In this document: positions 14,740-27,655 of the stretch, one piece after another | How the letters are laid out: every line of letters starts with the position of its first letter | Numbering within the stretch: the stretch's first letter is position 1 | Source of the DNA: Eledone cirrhosa | Lineage: Eukaryota | Assembly: GCA_964016885.1 (NCBI GenBank) | Contig: CAXHJY010000635.1 | Span: forward strand, 1-32,902 | Length of the DNA stretch: 32,902 nt | Direction of reading: 5' to 3' | Program-made: the position numbers and the translations under genes | Notes under the pieces: model-generated | Seen by the model: the letters and a program-made list of their open reading frames with translations, nothing else | Databases searched by the model: none | What the model was told of the DNA's origin: nothing

Positions 14740-15808
14740 ACTGGTAATTTATTGTATGTCAGCTCAACAATATGGAGCAGTTATTAGTATTAAGGATACT
14801 ATTTATTGTTATGTATATAATAAAACCTTTTATGGTTATATATTTTTTATATACAAACCCCAAATAGTGAAAGATAGTCATTCATTACTATCTTATTACC
14901 AGTAAGATAAATAGCTAAATGTAATAACATAAGTTGTTTTACAGAGCAGTTATATAGAGATTACAATAATCAAAGTTCAGTTTAAATCATTTATTTGCTT
15001 ACAATTGTTTCCTCCAAACCGAGGTTTGGATTCTTCGGAGCAACTATTTAGTGATCTATAACATACTTGACCTCCTTTTCAACACAAGAGACATATAAAA
15101 ACATATGCATATATTGACCCACAGTGGGATGACATCCATCATAATGATATAGCATGGCAATTTACATACACAGGTTAAAGGATAAAAATAAAAATAAAAA
15201 TAAAAATAAAGCATTGGCAGTTTACGAAGATAAAGCAAGAGGAAAGTTTAGAGTAGTCAGTGTATGAAACAATCTCACGTGTAGCATGCACGCGTGTCTT
15301 ATTTATACAGGATTAGAGTGCGGCAGATTGTTACTTGTAGGATCAGGCAGTTAAAGCAGGCAATCAATAGTATTATATGGGCTGTATTGTTAAATCATTT
15401 TCTCGCATACACCTGTATGATATACAATCCCGAATGTAGAGAAATATCAAAAATATCGAACATATTATAAAACATATTATAACATAGGCAAAACAGCACC
15501 ACTGTCTTCGCACACACCACCACTCACATAATCCATGAAACGCAATATATAGACTACAGGACTATCACACAATCCACGATGATTCAGCATAGAACCAAGT
15601 TATAAACCATATCTTGTCGATTCTTAATTAATAGATCATGTTGTTTAGTTTTGTGAGATGATATTATATTCCGGAAGTGTATGTGTGACCAAGGGGAGTT
15701 AATGCGTAAGGGGAGTTAATGCCTAAGGTGAGGTAACTAGCTGATTTCTATAGTTAAATTTATTATCCTAAAGTACATTAATGGTGTTTCAAATGAGTCC
15801 CTATCATA
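14546..15808 (-). repeat. PLE-B 5' pseudo-LTR region
   Basis: Direct repeat of 9942-11177. Confidence 0.93.
14995..15043 (-). ncRNA. Variant type I hammerhead (CCGAAGA core) in the PLE-B 5' pLTR
   Basis: As 10391-10439, with a perfect stem II TCCAAAC/GTTTGGA. Confidence 0.75.
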
Positions 15809-16485
15809 AGTTCCCAGGCAAAGCGTGGACACAGGGAACTTATACAAAAATAATTCAGTGGATGGAAAAAAGCAAGCGAGGACTAGATTCCAGGACATTG
15901 AAAAAATCACTGCCTACTTAGTCGGTGGCGAATTCAAAAGAATCGATCACGTGACATCGAGGTCAATCAGTGAGGAGTGAGTTTGCCTGGGAACTTAGCT
16001 GAGAACAGCTCTCCCTGATGACGAAAGTATATTTCTCCATGTTGTTCCAATCGGAAACCATGTTTATTCCCTTTCAGAAACTAATTAGTTGGAGTGAAAT
16101 TTTAGTAAGTAAATTTTTATAATTTTCTTATTTTATGTCTTTCATATAATTGTTCAGCATCCCCTTGCATTGAACCACAAAGTTACTAAGACAAAACCTA
16201 TATATTTGCTAGCATAGGTATACATTTGTATATATATGTTGGTAGATATACTAATTCTTTATAATTACCTCCAAATTATTTTGTTGAGCAAAAATTTGCC
16301 AAAACTACTGCTATGCTTCATAGTAATAGCCAGGCTACGGTCTTATTAGCATCCTCACTCCTCCCTGATTGACCTCGATGTCACGTGATTGATTCTTTTG
16401 AATTCGCCACCGACTAAGTAGGCAGTGATTTTTTCAATGTCCTGGAATCTAGTCCTCGCTTGCTTTTTTCCCATCCACTGAATTA
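15807..16485 (+). mobile_element. Non-coding HHR element (retrozyme-like, ~532-nt monomer) with an inverted 175-bp second copy
   Basis: 15851-15981 is the reverse complement of 16354-16485; 15807-15822 is the reverse complement of 15982-15997; HHR at 16011-16094; no credible ORF; right end in (TA)n. Confidence 0.75.
16011..16094 (+). ncRNA. Type I hammerhead with a ~55-nt stem II
   Basis: CTCC/GGAG stem I; CTGATGA 16015-16021; C-GAAAG...CTTTC-A enclosing CATG..TTCC-aatc-GGAA..CATG; GAAA 16077-16080; palindromic stem III AACTAATTAGTT; GUU site at 16090. Confidence 0.8.
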
Positions 16486-16499
16486 TATATATATATGTA

Positions 16500-16544
<45 letters not shown>

Positions 16545-16561
16545 GTATATATATATATGTG

Positions 16562-16595
<34 letters not shown>

Positions 16596-16600
16596 TATAC

Positions 16601-16638
<38 letters not shown>
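16486..16638. repeat. (TA)n microsatellite
   Basis: Direct reading. Confidence 0.98.
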
Positions 16639-16647
<9 letters not shown>

Positions 16648-16692
16648 TAAACAAATAATGAATAAACAATTCCTTATATTAAACAAAAAAAG

Positions 16693-16847
16693 TTCATTAT
16701 TTAACGATCGTTTCTAGGATATATATGTGTTAGAATTGGTATGCATATTCAACAGATCTATGTACAAAATTATACAAAATTATACAAATTATCAAGATTA
16801 AATATACATACCAAACACATATATACGCCGTCTTCAGAAATAATGAA
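16693..16847 (-). ncRNA. Long-stem-II hammerhead, inverted PLE-C pLTR
   Basis: Reverse complement of 22947-23101. Confidence 0.85.
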
Positions 16848-17785
16848 GTATATTTATTGATAATAACAACAATTCAAAATTTCAGTTCAAAATTGACCAA
16901 TGAAAACACAAAGGGTTAAATGCAGTTTGGTGTGTGTATATACATGTAAAACCCTTACACATATTTTACAAAAATGTATGTATAATTTGTATACGCATAC
17001 TAAAAGGATGGATGCAAATACAAAATTTCAAGGTTAATGTCTCTGTAAGCTTACTTTGCGCAGATAAGATGCGCATTGATACTTATGAAATCAAGTATAT
17101 AAATATATTTTTTCATACTCACACATATCAGTACAATCACACATACACGCGCGTATATGCATAAATATACACATAACCACGAACATACAAACACACACAC
17201 ACCCCCACTCACATTTATATATGTGGATATAAAATCATAAGCACATGGATATTAATTCACTCACATAAAACACTGGTACACACATTTCTAGATCAAGATA
17301 CAGAAATTAGGTGGGAGGGGGGGGAAGGGTCAGTATTCAATTGTCTGAGCAGACTGCCTAATATAAATGTATCTATAAATTAAGAAAAATAAAAAAATAA
17401 AACAATAAAATATAATAAATATAATATAATATACATACACATACAGATATATACACATACATACATGTACACACACATAGAAATATTTACGCATACACAC
17501 ATACACACATACATATACAGTCATACACACACATACACCTACACGAACATACACATACACATATATAAAGATATATATATACACACACACGCACGCAACA
17601 CATACACACATACACATATATATAAAAAAAATAAATAATAAAGATATATACCCATATATATATATACACATACACATATATATATATATATATATATACA
17701 TATACATACACATACATCTAAATATACATACGCATACACACACACATACATGTACATACATGTACATATACGCACATCGACATAC

Positions 17786-17816
<31 letters not shown>

Positions 17817-18091
17817 TAGACATATAGATACATACACACACAACTTACATACACACATATATATATACACATGTATATTCATACATAGAATTAGATATAT
17901 AATCATACATACATATGTACTTACTTATACTCATATATACAAATACATACGCATCCATATATGCGTATATACATAAAAAACCGCTACAACCTCACATAAA
18001 CTCAGACATACAAATAAAAATAATAATAAAAAGGCATATGTATATACATACACACACGCATTAATAGAGATATACATATACACATACATAC

Positions 18092-18127
<36 letters not shown>

Positions 18128-18414
18128 ATATATATATATATGTATATACACACACATACACTCATACATACATATAAATATATATATACACATAGATATC
18201 CACACACTTATACCACCATAAATACACATACAAACACCCACATATACATATATATACACACGTATACATATATATATATATATACACACACACATAAAAA
18301 ACAGACATGCACATATATATATATTTTTTTTACACTTATATTTATACATATTATATACACATACACAACCTCACTTATACACACATACACATAAGTTATA
18401 TTATAATAATGAAG

Positions 18415-18453
<39 letters not shown>

Positions 18454-18555
18454 TACATATATATACATACATACATACACATACATACATACATATAAAC
18501 ATATACATACATAAATACACACGTACGAATATAGACATATATTCACACATAGACA

Positions 18556-18612
<57 letters not shown>

Positions 18613-19739
18613 ATATACACAGACACATATACACATTCACATATATATATATATGTGTGTGTGTGTACACACACATATATACACACACACACACAAATAC
18701 ACATAAACACATACATATGCATACATGCACACACACACACATATATCACATAGATACGAAGATAAACATATAAATAGAGAGACATACATATATATACAAC
18801 ACACATACACACACATACATACACGCGCATATACATATACATATATATATACACATATATATATTCCTATATATACATACATACACATATATACACATAT
18901 ATACACATACATACACATATACGTACACACATTCACATACACATACATATATAATGCATATATACACATATATACATACATATACACACTCATATATACA
19001 CACGCAATCTTACATTCATATTTGCATGCGCATATATGTATTTTTATATTTAGATATAAATACCCAAACCTATATAGACACCTACCTACATATATATTCA
19101 TACATAGACGCTTACAAATACAGATGATAATAGTATGGGGGAAAGGGGGGGTTTGGAGAAGGGGATCAAAGTAAATATATGTTTCAAGAAACATAAAATA
19201 TTTTCCGTATCTTTATCCAATGTATGTTCTTATATATTTTCAGTGTTAGGAAACATAACCAACAAGAACTAAGGCAAAATCTATGCATCTCAAAATAAAT
19301 AAGTATACCATTAATCATATGTTAACTAAACCAAAAATAGTCAACATATTGACTTCTAAGGTGTAAATTAGTTAGGTTTATAATATTTGAAGCAGAATTT
19401 TGAAGTTAAACAGTAGTAGATTATTAATTACAGTATAATTAAATTAAAGTTAATAACGTTATGGTATCAATATTAGGAAATGAATTTAGTAATAGGGAAA
19501 AAAAACACACAAATAAAAATAAAATAAAGTATTACATCGGTAGTAGAATATAAATTATATGTTAACTAAATTAAAAATTATATATTTATTTCAATAGTAT
19601 ATGTTAGTTAGGTATACAATACATAAAGCAGATATTGTATTTCATCAATAGCATAATATAATTATATGCAAATAGAAATCAAAATTAATACGCATACATA
19701 TACATAAACATACACATATATATATATATACATATATAT

Positions 19740-19788
<49 letters not shown>

Positions 19789-20324
19789 TATACACACATA
19801 TATACATACATACACATATACATACACACACACACATACACATACACATATACATATACATATCTTTTTCAAAAAATTGCATAGAATATATTAACTAGGT
19901 ATATATCCAAAACACATCCCATTCTATGATTACATGACATTCTGCAATTCGTCTGTATAAGGATACTAATTTTAAGCAAATTAAAATTAAAATTTTAGGT
20001 TGATTAAAACTAAAACCAAATAATAAATATATTTCTAAAATGTATATTAATTAGGTCTATAATACTAAAAATTATTTCTCTGTCATTGGATACACGATAT
20101 TATTTTGTTATATTTTATCTGTAAAAGAATTATAATAAAAGGTTTAAATAAGTTAAAATTAATCTATAAATTAAATTACTAAGTATATATTAGTAATATT
20201 TAAAGGTTTTTCACAATTTATGATTACATAATATTTTATATTCTCATCTGTAATAAAATATTAATTAAATTAAATTTATAGGTTAACTAACAATTAAATT
20301 AAATTAATTTCTAAAATAATGTTA

Positions 20325-22400
20325 TTAATTAGGTTTATAATATTTAAATGTTTTTTTTAATTTATGATTACACGATATAATTAATTCCTGTCGTTTATTT
20401 AATAAGATATCCTTAGACTTCATTATTTCAAATAGTTCTTGGGAACATAATCTACATTCATTTCTATTATTTTGATAAGGGGTGGCTCTTTTGAGCACAC
20501 TCCAGGTCAAATCATATTTTATATTCTTATTTTTATAACTATTGATTTTTTCTGCTAGAGATGTTGTATTAGCCAGTGCGGCATTTTTAAAACTATGCTT
20601 GTGGGTATTAAACCTTGTCTTAAAATTGTTAGAGGTAGCTCCTATATATGAGCAAATAGAATCTTTAGTTTTAACATTACATTTATAGACTATGTTGTTA
20701 ACAAGACAATTCCCTTTTAATGGGCAGTTTGCTTTGTTTCTACAGTTACATCCTTTCGTTAATTCTGTATTTGAGGAGATATTATGGTTAATTTGATGTA
20801 CTGGTGGTATACTTATGGTTTTCTTACATTTATATGCATTATATGCACTTATATTTTGTTTTATGTTATTTGTTGTAGAGTATGAGAATTTAACTGTAGA
20901 CCTATTTAAGATTTGATGGTATTTGTGGTTTGGCGGGAAGTTTTTCTCAAGGATATAAAAAAATTTTTTAGCAATACTATCCTTAACTTGTAAATTAAAA
21001 GGAGCATTATACCAAGTAACCCGTCTATTACGGTTTCTATGTTGTTTATTATTTTTATTATTTTTATAGGTTGTATCGTGATTTTTACTAGGAGGATTAA
21101 TGTTAATGATCTCACCACAACTATTTTTAGTTATATTTGTAGATTTAGGTGTTTTATCCTTTTTATTAGGAGTTTTATTATTAATATTTATTATAGTTGT
21201 ATGATGAGTAGTTTTTTGAGAGTTACTATACTTTATATTAGAAGATTTAGTATTTTGGGGTATAGTGTGGGTGGCATTTAGGTGTGTAGTTTTCATTTGG
21301 TGTTTGTTGGTAATATTATGTTGTATGCTTTCAGTATTTTTAGTAGAAGGTATATACTCTAATCTATTTTTGTGGCCACTTCTATCTAGAGCTTCGTTAT
21401 AGAAGGTCGCATTTTTATCAAATACATCTTGGTTAGAAGAAAGGTTAGAAATTCTAAGTGATATATTATATGCAAGGTTTTTAAGGATAGATTTAGGGTG
21501 ATTAGATTGTGAGTGTATGTAATGTAAGTTTTGGTTAGGTTTATGGTAAGGTTGGTAGATACCCGTAGCTAGATCTAAAGTTATATCTAGGAAATTTACT
21601 ACTTTACTTGTTTTTTCAAAAGTAATATTAAGATTATAATAGTCTTTAAGGAAAGTTCTAATATGTTTTTTGTTTTTTTCGATTTCTGAAAGGCTAAGGT
21701 TGTTAGAAAGAAGAAGACAGTCATCACGATATAAACCACCTTTGAGGTGGGGAAAAGAGGCATTTATGTTGAAAAGGAGAAAGAGGCCCACAAGATCAGT
21801 AATTTGGGCGGAATCGCTTGAACCCATAGTAATATCAAAAAGATTACTGTATGTGTTTCTGGTCCAGTATTCATTCTGAAATTCAATAAGTGTTAGTCTA
21901 GCATGTGTAATAATGTTAATGTCATCCAAAGTTAAGTTAGATCTATTTTTAGCAAATATCAATGCTTTGTTCAGGAGTATAGGTGATATAGAAGAATAGT
22001 AATTATCTATATCAAATTGTAGGAAAGAAGCAGAAGATTTACACCTAATATTTTTAAACCAGTTAATTACCTGGGAGGTGTTTTCCCAGAGTGGTAAAAT
22101 AACGTGTTTTCTTATTTGTGGGATGACTCTATCTAAAATTTTTTTGCTAATTATTCCAATATCTGATTTGGAGGGACATATAAGTCTAATAGAAGGATTT
22201 GAGTTAAAGTTAGATTTGTGATCTTTCAGGTTGAAGTGTGGTCTTTTCAATGCCAAAGGTTCAGTTCTATCTTCAATGTTTAGTTTTTTTACTATGTTGT
22301 GTGTTTTGTTGTTGATGTTGGTGAGTGACACATTATTAGATTTTTTATAATTTTTTCTGAGTTCTTTATATATGAACTCATTATAATGTTCAATATCCAT
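20325..22400 (-). CDS. PLE-C RT + GIY-YIG, N-terminally truncated copy (691 aa)
   Basis: The translation is identical to the last 691 aa of the 23424-25886 ORF. Confidence 0.85.
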   Translation of the reverse strand: MDIEHYNEFIYKELRKNYKKSNNVSLTNINNKTHNIVKKLNIEDRTEPLALKRPHFNLKDHKSNFNSNPSIRLICPSKSDIGIISKKILDRVIPQIRKHVILPLWENTSQVINWFKNIRCKSSASFLQFDIDNYYSSISPILLNKALIFAKNRSNLTLDDINIITHARLTLIEFQNEYWTRNTYSNLFDITMGSSDSAQITDLVGLFLLFNINASFPHLKGGLYRDDCLLLSNNLSLSEIEKNKKHIRTFLKDYYNLNITFEKTSKVVNFLDITLDLATGIYQPYHKPNQNLHYIHSQSNHPKSILKNLAYNISLRISNLSSNQDVFDKNATFYNEALDRSGHKNRLEYIPSTKNTESIQHNITNKHQMKTTHLNATHTIPQNTKSSNIKYSNSQKTTHHTTIININNKTPNKKDKTPKSTNITKNSCGEIININPPSKNHDTTYKNNKNNKQHRNRNRRVTWYNAPFNLQVKDSIAKKFFYILEKNFPPNHKYHQILNRSTVKFSYSTTNNIKQNISAYNAYKCKKTISIPPVHQINHNISSNTELTKGCNCRNKANCPLKGNCLVNNIVYKCNVKTKDSICSYIGATSNNFKTRFNTHKHSFKNAALANTTSLAEKINSYKNKNIKYDLTWSVLKRATPYQNNRNECRLCSQELFEIMKSKDILLNKRQELIISCNHKLKKTFKYYKPN

Positions 22401-22946
22401 ATTTTTCTTAATTTATAGATACATTTATATTAGGCAGTCTGCTCAGACAATTGAATACTGACCCTTCCCCCCCCCCCTCCCACCTAATTTCTGTATCTTG
22501 ATCTAGAAATGTGTGTACCAGTGTTTTATGTGAGTGAATTAATATCCATGTGCTTATGATTTTATATCCACATATATAAATGTGAGTGGGGGTGTGTGTG
22601 TGTTTGTATGTTCGTGGTTATGTGTATATTTATGCATATACGCGCGTGTATGTGTGATTGTACTGATATGTGTGAGTATGAAAAAATATATTTATATACT
22701 TGATTTCATAAGTATCAATGCGCATCTTATCTGCGCAAAGTAAGCTTACAGAGACATTAACCTTGAAATTTTGTATTTGCATCCATCCTTTTAGTATGCG
22801 TATACAAATTATACATACATTTTTGTAAAATATGTGTAAGGGTTTTACATGTATATACACACACCAAACTGCATTTAACCCTTTGTGTTTTCATTGGTCA
22901 ATTTTGAACTGAAATTTTGAATTGTTGTTATTATCAATAAATATAC

Positions 22947-23101
22947 TTCATTATTTCTGAAGACGGCGTATATATGTGTTTGGTATGTATATTTAATCTT
23001 GATAATTTGTATAATTTTGTATAATTTTGTACATAGATCTGTTGAATATGCATACCAATTCTAACACATATATATCCTAGAAACGATCGTTAAATAATGA
23101 A
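22947..23101 (+). ncRNA. Type I hammerhead with a ~116-nt stem II, PLE-C 5' pLTR
   Basis: Perfect 10-bp stem I TTCATTATTT/AAATAATGAA; CTGAAGA 22957-22963; long stem II (TATATATGTGTT/AACACATATATA, TGGTATGTATATTTA/TGAATATGCATACCA, ATCT/AGAT); GAAA 23080-23083; palindromic stem III AACGATCGTT; GUU site at 23091. Confidence 0.87.
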
Positions 23102-23445
23102 CTTTTTTTGTTTAATATAAGGAATTGTTTATTCATTATTTGTTTAATATTTTATCTTGACTCTGTATACCGTTTATCTTTCACCGAAAGTGGTTTTTCA
23201 TTACATCTCTTCTTTCCATGATATCCGGAATACATTGAGTTCTTCATACGGATTGGACACTACCGTAAACTCTTGGTAGATTTATCTACATAATTTTGCT
23301 CCTATTTTCACGGAAATATTCGTATTTTTGTACTGTATGTGTGTATTAATTTTATATTTATGTATAAACATATATATATGTATGATTTTGTAAACCCATA
23401 TACATTTAGTTGAGCTCTTTCAATTGTCCATCATCCATATCACAA

Positions 23446-25886
23446 TGGAAAAACAATATTTAGGAACCTCCTTAAAAAACACACCAATACCTTCTAAGGA
23501 CGACTTCTTACTCCTTATGATTCAGAAAACTAATAATTTTATCAGAAGGGTTAGATGGAGAGCCTACCACTTCGATAGAAAATCTAAACAAGCAGATCGG
23601 AAATATATGTATGATTTCAATACTTACAAGAATCCACCACACAATTTTTTACTTGAAGACTTCGAGAAAGACCTTTTTAATTTAATTAAACACCTCAAAT
23701 TTAAAAAGTATAAATCCGTCTTTCAAAAGGACCTTGATTCTACCCTATTGGACCTAAAAAAGTCTAAAAAAATCCATGTCCACTCGGACAAAACTGGTAA
23801 CTTGTATCATATGGATATTGAACATTATAATGAGTTCATATATAAAGAACTCAGAAAAAATTATAAAAAATCTAATAATGTGTCACTCACCAACATCAAC
23901 AACAAAACACACAACATAGTAAAAAAACTAAACATTGAAGATAGAACTGAACCTTTGGCATTGAAAAGACCACACTTCAACCTGAAAGATCACAAATCTA
24001 ACTTTAACTCAAATCCTTCTATTAGACTTATATGTCCCTCCAAATCAGATATTGGAATAATTAGCAAAAAAATTTTAGATAGAGTCATCCCACAAATAAG
24101 AAAACACGTTATTTTACCACTCTGGGAAAACACCTCCCAGGTAATTAACTGGTTTAAAAATATTAGGTGTAAATCTTCTGCTTCTTTCCTACAATTTGAT
24201 ATAGATAATTACTATTCTTCTATATCACCTATACTCCTGAACAAAGCATTGATATTTGCTAAAAATAGATCTAACTTAACTTTGGATGACATTAACATTA
24301 TTACACATGCTAGACTAACACTTATTGAATTTCAGAATGAATACTGGACCAGAAACACATACAGTAATCTTTTTGATATTACTATGGGTTCAAGCGATTC
24401 CGCCCAAATTACTGATCTTGTGGGCCTCTTTCTCCTTTTCAACATAAATGCCTCTTTTCCCCACCTCAAAGGTGGTTTATATCGTGATGACTGTCTTCTT
24501 CTTTCTAACAACCTTAGCCTTTCAGAAATCGAAAAAAACAAAAAACATATTAGAACTTTCCTTAAAGACTATTATAATCTTAATATTACTTTTGAAAAAA
24601 CAAGTAAAGTAGTAAATTTCCTAGATATAACTTTAGATCTAGCTACGGGTATCTACCAACCTTACCATAAACCTAACCAAAACTTACATTACATACACTC
24701 ACAATCTAATCACCCTAAATCTATCCTTAAAAACCTTGCATATAATATATCACTTAGAATTTCTAACCTTTCTTCTAACCAAGATGTATTTGATAAAAAT
24801 GCGACCTTCTATAACGAAGCTCTAGATAGAAGTGGCCACAAAAATAGATTAGAGTATATACCTTCTACTAAAAATACTGAAAGCATACAACATAATATTA
24901 CCAACAAACACCAAATGAAAACTACACACCTAAATGCCACCCACACTATACCCCAAAATACTAAATCTTCTAATATAAAGTATAGTAACTCTCAAAAAAC
25001 TACTCATCATACAACTATAATAAATATTAATAATAAAACTCCTAATAAAAAGGATAAAACACCTAAATCTACAAATATAACTAAAAATAGTTGTGGTGAG
25101 ATCATTAACATTAATCCTCCTAGTAAAAATCACGATACAACCTATAAAAATAATAAAAATAATAAACAACATAGAAACCGTAATAGACGGGTTACTTGGT
25201 ATAATGCTCCTTTTAATTTACAAGTTAAGGATAGTATTGCTAAAAAATTTTTTTATATCCTTGAGAAAAACTTCCCGCCAAACCACAAATACCATCAAAT
25301 CTTAAATAGGTCTACAGTTAAATTCTCATACTCTACAACAAATAACATAAAACAAAATATAAGTGCATATAATGCATATAAATGTAAGAAAACCATAAGT
25401 ATACCACCAGTACATCAAATTAACCATAATATCTCCTCAAATACAGAATTAACGAAAGGATGTAACTGTAGAAACAAAGCAAACTGCCCATTAAAAGGGA
25501 ATTGTCTTGTTAACAACATAGTCTATAAATGTAATGTTAAAACTAAAGATTCTATTTGCTCATATATAGGAGCTACCTCTAACAATTTTAAGACAAGGTT
25601 TAATACCCACAAGCATAGTTTTAAAAATGCCGCACTGGCTAATACAACATCTCTAGCAGAAAAAATCAATAGTTATAAAAATAAGAATATAAAATATGAT
25701 TTGACCTGGAGTGTGCTCAAAAGAGCCACCCCTTATCAAAATAATAGAAATGAATGTAGATTATGTTCCCAAGAACTATTTGAAATAATGAAGTCTAAGG
25801 ATATCTTATTAAATAAACGACAGGAATTAATTATATCGTGTAATCATAAATTAAAAAAAACATTTAAATATTATAAACCTAATTAA
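23446..25886 (+). CDS. PLE reverse transcriptase + C-terminal GIY-YIG endonuclease (probably Hydra-group)
   Basis: First ATG near 23446 (MEKQYLGTSLKNTPIP; the ORF track opens at 23424 on TTG). SDKT, QFDIDNYY, TMGSSDSAQ, GGLYRDD, NFLDITL, YQPYHKP, CNCRNKANC, IVYKC..YIGAT..FKTRFNTHKHSF, CRLCSQE, LLNKRQE. No stops. Confidence 0.93.
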
Positions 25887-26349
25887 TAACATTATTTTAG
25901 AAATTAATTTAATTTAATTGTTAGTTAACCTATAAATTTAATTTAATTAATATTTTATTACAGATGAGAATATAAAATATTATGTAATCATAAATTGTGA
26001 AAAACCTTTAAATATTACTAATATATACTTAGTAATTTAATTTATAGATTAATTTTAACTTATTTAAACCTTTTATTATAATTCTTTTACAGATAAAATA
26101 TAACAAAATAATATCGTGTATCCAATGACAGAGAAATAATTTTTAGTATTATAGACCTAATTAATATACATTTTAGAAATATATTTATTATTTGGTTTTA
26201 GTTTTAATCAACCTAAAATTTTAATTTTAATTTGCTTAAAATTAGTATCCTTATACAGACGAATTGCAGAATGTCATGTAATCATAGAATGGGATGTGTT
26301 TTGGATATATACCTAGTTAATATATTCTATGCAATTTTTTGAAAAAGAT

Positions 26350-26422
26350 ATGTATATGTATATGTGTATGTGTATGTGTGTGTGTGTATGTATATGTGTA
26401 TGTATGTATATATGTGTGTATA

Positions 26423-26471
<49 letters not shown>

Positions 26472-27598
26472 ATATATATGTATATATATATATATGTGTA
26501 TGTTTATGTATATGTATGCGTATTAATTTTGATTTCTATTTGCATATAATTATATTATGCTATTGATGAAATACAATATCTGCTTTATGTATTGTATACC
26601 TAACTAACATATACTATTGAAATAAATATATAATTTTTAATTTAGTTAACATATAATTTATATTCTACTACCGATGTAATACTTTATTTTATTTTTATTT
26701 GTGTGTTTTTTTTCCCTATTACTAAATTCATTTCCTAATATTGATACCATAACGTTATTAACTTTAATTTAATTATACTGTAATTAATAATCTACTACTG
26801 TTTAACTTCAAAATTCTGCTTCAAATATTATAAACCTAACTAATTTACACCTTAGAAGTCAATATGTTGACTATTTTTGGTTTAGTTAACATATGATTAA
26901 TGGTATACTTATTTATTTTGAGATGCATAGATTTTGCCTTAGTTCTTGTTGGTTATGTTTCCTAACACTGAAAATATATAAGAACATACATTGGATAAAG
27001 ATACGGAAAATATTTTATGTTTCTTGAAACATATATTTACTTTGATCCCCTTCTCCAAACCCCCCCTTTCCCCCATACTATTATCATCTGTATTTGTAAG
27101 CGTCTATGTATGAATATATATGTAGGTAGGTGTCTATATAGGTTTGGGTATTTATATCTAAATATAAAAATACATATATGCGCATGCAAATATGAATGTA
27201 AGATTGCGTGTGTATATATGAGTGTGTATATGTATGTATATATGTGTATATATGCATTATATATGTATGTGTATGTGAATGTGTGTACGTATATGTGTAT
27301 GTATGTGTATATATGTGTATATATGTGTATGTATGTATATATAGGAATATATATATGTGTATATATATATGTATATGTATATGCGCGTGTATGTATGTGT
27401 GTGTATGTGTGTTGTATATATATGTATGTCTCTCTATTTATATGTTTATCTTCGTATCTATGTGATATATGTGTGTGTGTGTGCATGTATGCATATGTAT
27501 GTGTTTATGTGTATTTGTGTGTGTGTGTGTATATATGTGTGTGTACACACACACACATATATATATATATGTGAATGTGTATATGTGTCTGTGTATAT

Positions 27599-27655
<57 letters not shown>

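Larger units (their letters stand above)
9884..15808 (-). mobile_element. PLE-B: full-length Penelope-like element in partial tandem (pLTR-ORF-3'UTR-pLTR), decayed
   Basis: Direct repeats 9942-11177 and 14546-15808 flank or overlap an RT + GIY-YIG ORF; each repeat has an HHR; the 3' end abuts (TA)n. Confidence 0.92.
16639..22402 (-). mobile_element. PLE-C inverted, 5'-truncated copy
   Basis: Reverse complement of ~23809-29574. ORF-track entries mirror with a coordinate sum of ~46211. Confidence 0.95.

Noticed and set aside
15851-16485. MITE/DNA transposon with 130-bp TIRs
   Set aside because: The left arm continues past the 'TIR' and wraps into the element's interior start, and there is an HHR; a retro-origin fits better, though a MITE is not fully excluded.
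8439-25305. Short antisense or alternative-frame ORFs over the RT genes and pLTRs (e.g. 8439-8840, 10032-10301, 16934-17164)
   Set aside because: Shadow ORFs without motifs; recurrence is due to the repeats.
12268-25886. Naiad/Chlamys-type or selenoprotein PLEs
   Set aside because: The GIY-YIG domain is C-terminal, not N-terminal, and the only in-frame stop is TAG, not TGA.
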